Below, in pieces: positions 36,355 to 37,320 of a stretch of 37,320 nucleotides of DNA (positions within the stretch are counted from its first letter, which is position 1; each line of letters starts with the position of its first letter). Both the position numbers and the translations under genes were made by a program. The stretch is from Nitrospinales bacterium. Lineage in GTDB: Bacteria > Nitrospinota > Nitrospinia > Nitrospinales > JAJDAT01. The notes beneath the pieces were generated by a model, which made no database searches, was not told where the DNA came from, and saw nothing but the letters and a program-made list of their open reading frames with translations. Where the stretch lies: NCBI GenBank assembly GCA_046757665.1, contig JBHHYO010000018.1, positions 1 through 37,320 on the forward strand. The letters are read 5' to 3'.

Positions 36355-37056
36355 TCAGCCGTGTTGCGTCTGGGATTTTGAGGGAGACAGTCCAAATTTT
36401 TTCGCCGCCTCTTCCATTTCCCAGACATATGCTATCAACTCGTTGACGGGATTGCGTCCGGGAATCCTCCCAGTAAATTGAGGTTTGAATCCAAGATGCT
36501 TTACATTCGCGTTTGTCAAAATATCCTGCTTCAGCGTGAACCCCTTCAATCGCGGAATTTCATGATCCAGCATAAATTGAACCAGATTCAAATAGAGTTC
36601 CCGGCTCAGCCGCCGACCGGTTTTCTTGACAAATTCAGCCGATCGGAATTCCGGCAACACACCGCTCGAAACCAACTCGCAGGGAATCTCGTGGAGCGGC
36701 TCTTTCTTTCCAAGCCCCAGGTGAAAAATAATCTGAAGAGACCACCAACAGGCTTTGGGATTGTGAAAAACCATGTGACTTAAAGCGGATAAAAGGGCCA
36801 CCGGACGTTTAAATAAAAGCATGATCAGCCCTCCCGACCCTCCTTTCGTGACGAGGGTCATGAACCCGGCAACCCTCCCTTCATAAATACTGGCGAAACA
36901 GTGAAACCGGCTGTCTTCAATACAAACAGGATAATAAACTTCGGTAAGAAATTTTTTTCCCAGGCGCGTCATCATGCTTTTCGGAAGAATCGCGTGATGA
37001 ATTTCGGCCACTTGTCTGATCTCGTCATTCATACCCTTCTTGATCTGGATTATCAT
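36355..37056 (-). CDS. GNAT-fold acyltransferase-like protein
   Basis: VAEIHH...MTRLGKKFL...YY, EGRVAGF, ELVSSGVLPEFR (motif A-like) and ANVKHLGF. Confidence 0.65.
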   Translation of the reverse strand: MIIQIKKGMNDEIRQVAEIHHAILPKSMMTRLGKKFLTEVYYPVCIEDSRFHCFASIYEGRVAGFMTLVTKGGSGGLIMLLFKRPVALLSALSHMVFHNPKACWWSLQIIFHLGLGKKEPLHEIPCELVSSGVLPEFRSAEFVKKTGRRLSRELYLNLVQFMLDHEIPRLKGFTLKQDILTNANVKHLGFKPQFTGRIPGRNPVNELIAYVWEMEEAAKKFGLSPSKSQTQHG

Positions 37057-37320
37057 TTGTTTCCCGCTTTTCGACCGCTCCCTGATCCCGCCGGAAAACA
37101 GGAGACGGCATTATAGCGCCGGTTTAATCTCAGCGGCCCAGGGTTCAAGCAACGAGCACGCCTTATTTCATATGGTCCCCATACAGGGTTTTTAGATTTT
37201 TTTTCTGAATTTTCCCCGAAGAACTTTTTGGAAATTCGTCGATAACAATTATTTTTTTGGGTTGTTTAAATTTAGACAATTCCCGGGAACAGCGCTCCTG
37301 AAGGTCCCCGACCTGGAAGG

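Noticed and set aside
1..37320. CRISPR arrays, tRNA/rRNA genes, transposases, prophage or defence genes
   Set aside because: Reading by eye found no regularly spaced repeats, tRNA-like cloverleafs with a T-loop consensus, or matching protein motifs. A covariance-model scan would be needed to exclude small RNAs fully.

Overview
Bacterial chromosomal window, densely coding (about 33 CDS). I found no rRNA, tRNA, CRISPR array, transposase or integrase. Positions 1-24.3 kb are mostly GC-rich housekeeping and envelope genes: a ThDP 2-oxoacid decarboxylase, a secreted M1+M28+PDZ double peptidase, a HEAT protein/GT2 pair, parvulin-mqnC, a methyltransferase, an AI-2E transporter, a FlgT/CsgG-like protein, rluB, scpB, dcd, a FmdB zinc ribbon followed by a membrane-anchored TPR-cupredoxin fusion, and cysS-DUF2851-cysD-cysN(C)-ferredoxin-SDR. 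A highly structured ~480 bp intergenic region (24.3-24.8 kb) precedes a small secreted PDZ-like gene. Positions 25.4-37 kb are a visibly more AT-rich surface-glycan locus: a WbpB-WbpD-like fusion, three extended-SDR NDP-sugar enzymes, a FAD enzyme, a GT-C (ArnT-like) transferase, wecB, a polyprenyl-phosphate GT2, a VOC protein, an ACP and a GNAT. The gene content would fit a Nitrospinota/deltaproteobacteria-like organism, but that is a weak inference. The best leads are the TPR-cupredoxin-FTR1-like fusion, nuclease-like and Fe-S-like motifs in DUF2851, a degenerate APS-kinase domain on CysN, a candidate attenuator leader, and a lipid-linked sugar pathway with an ACP/GNAT/VOC module. All family calls come from motif recognition by eye; no searches were run.
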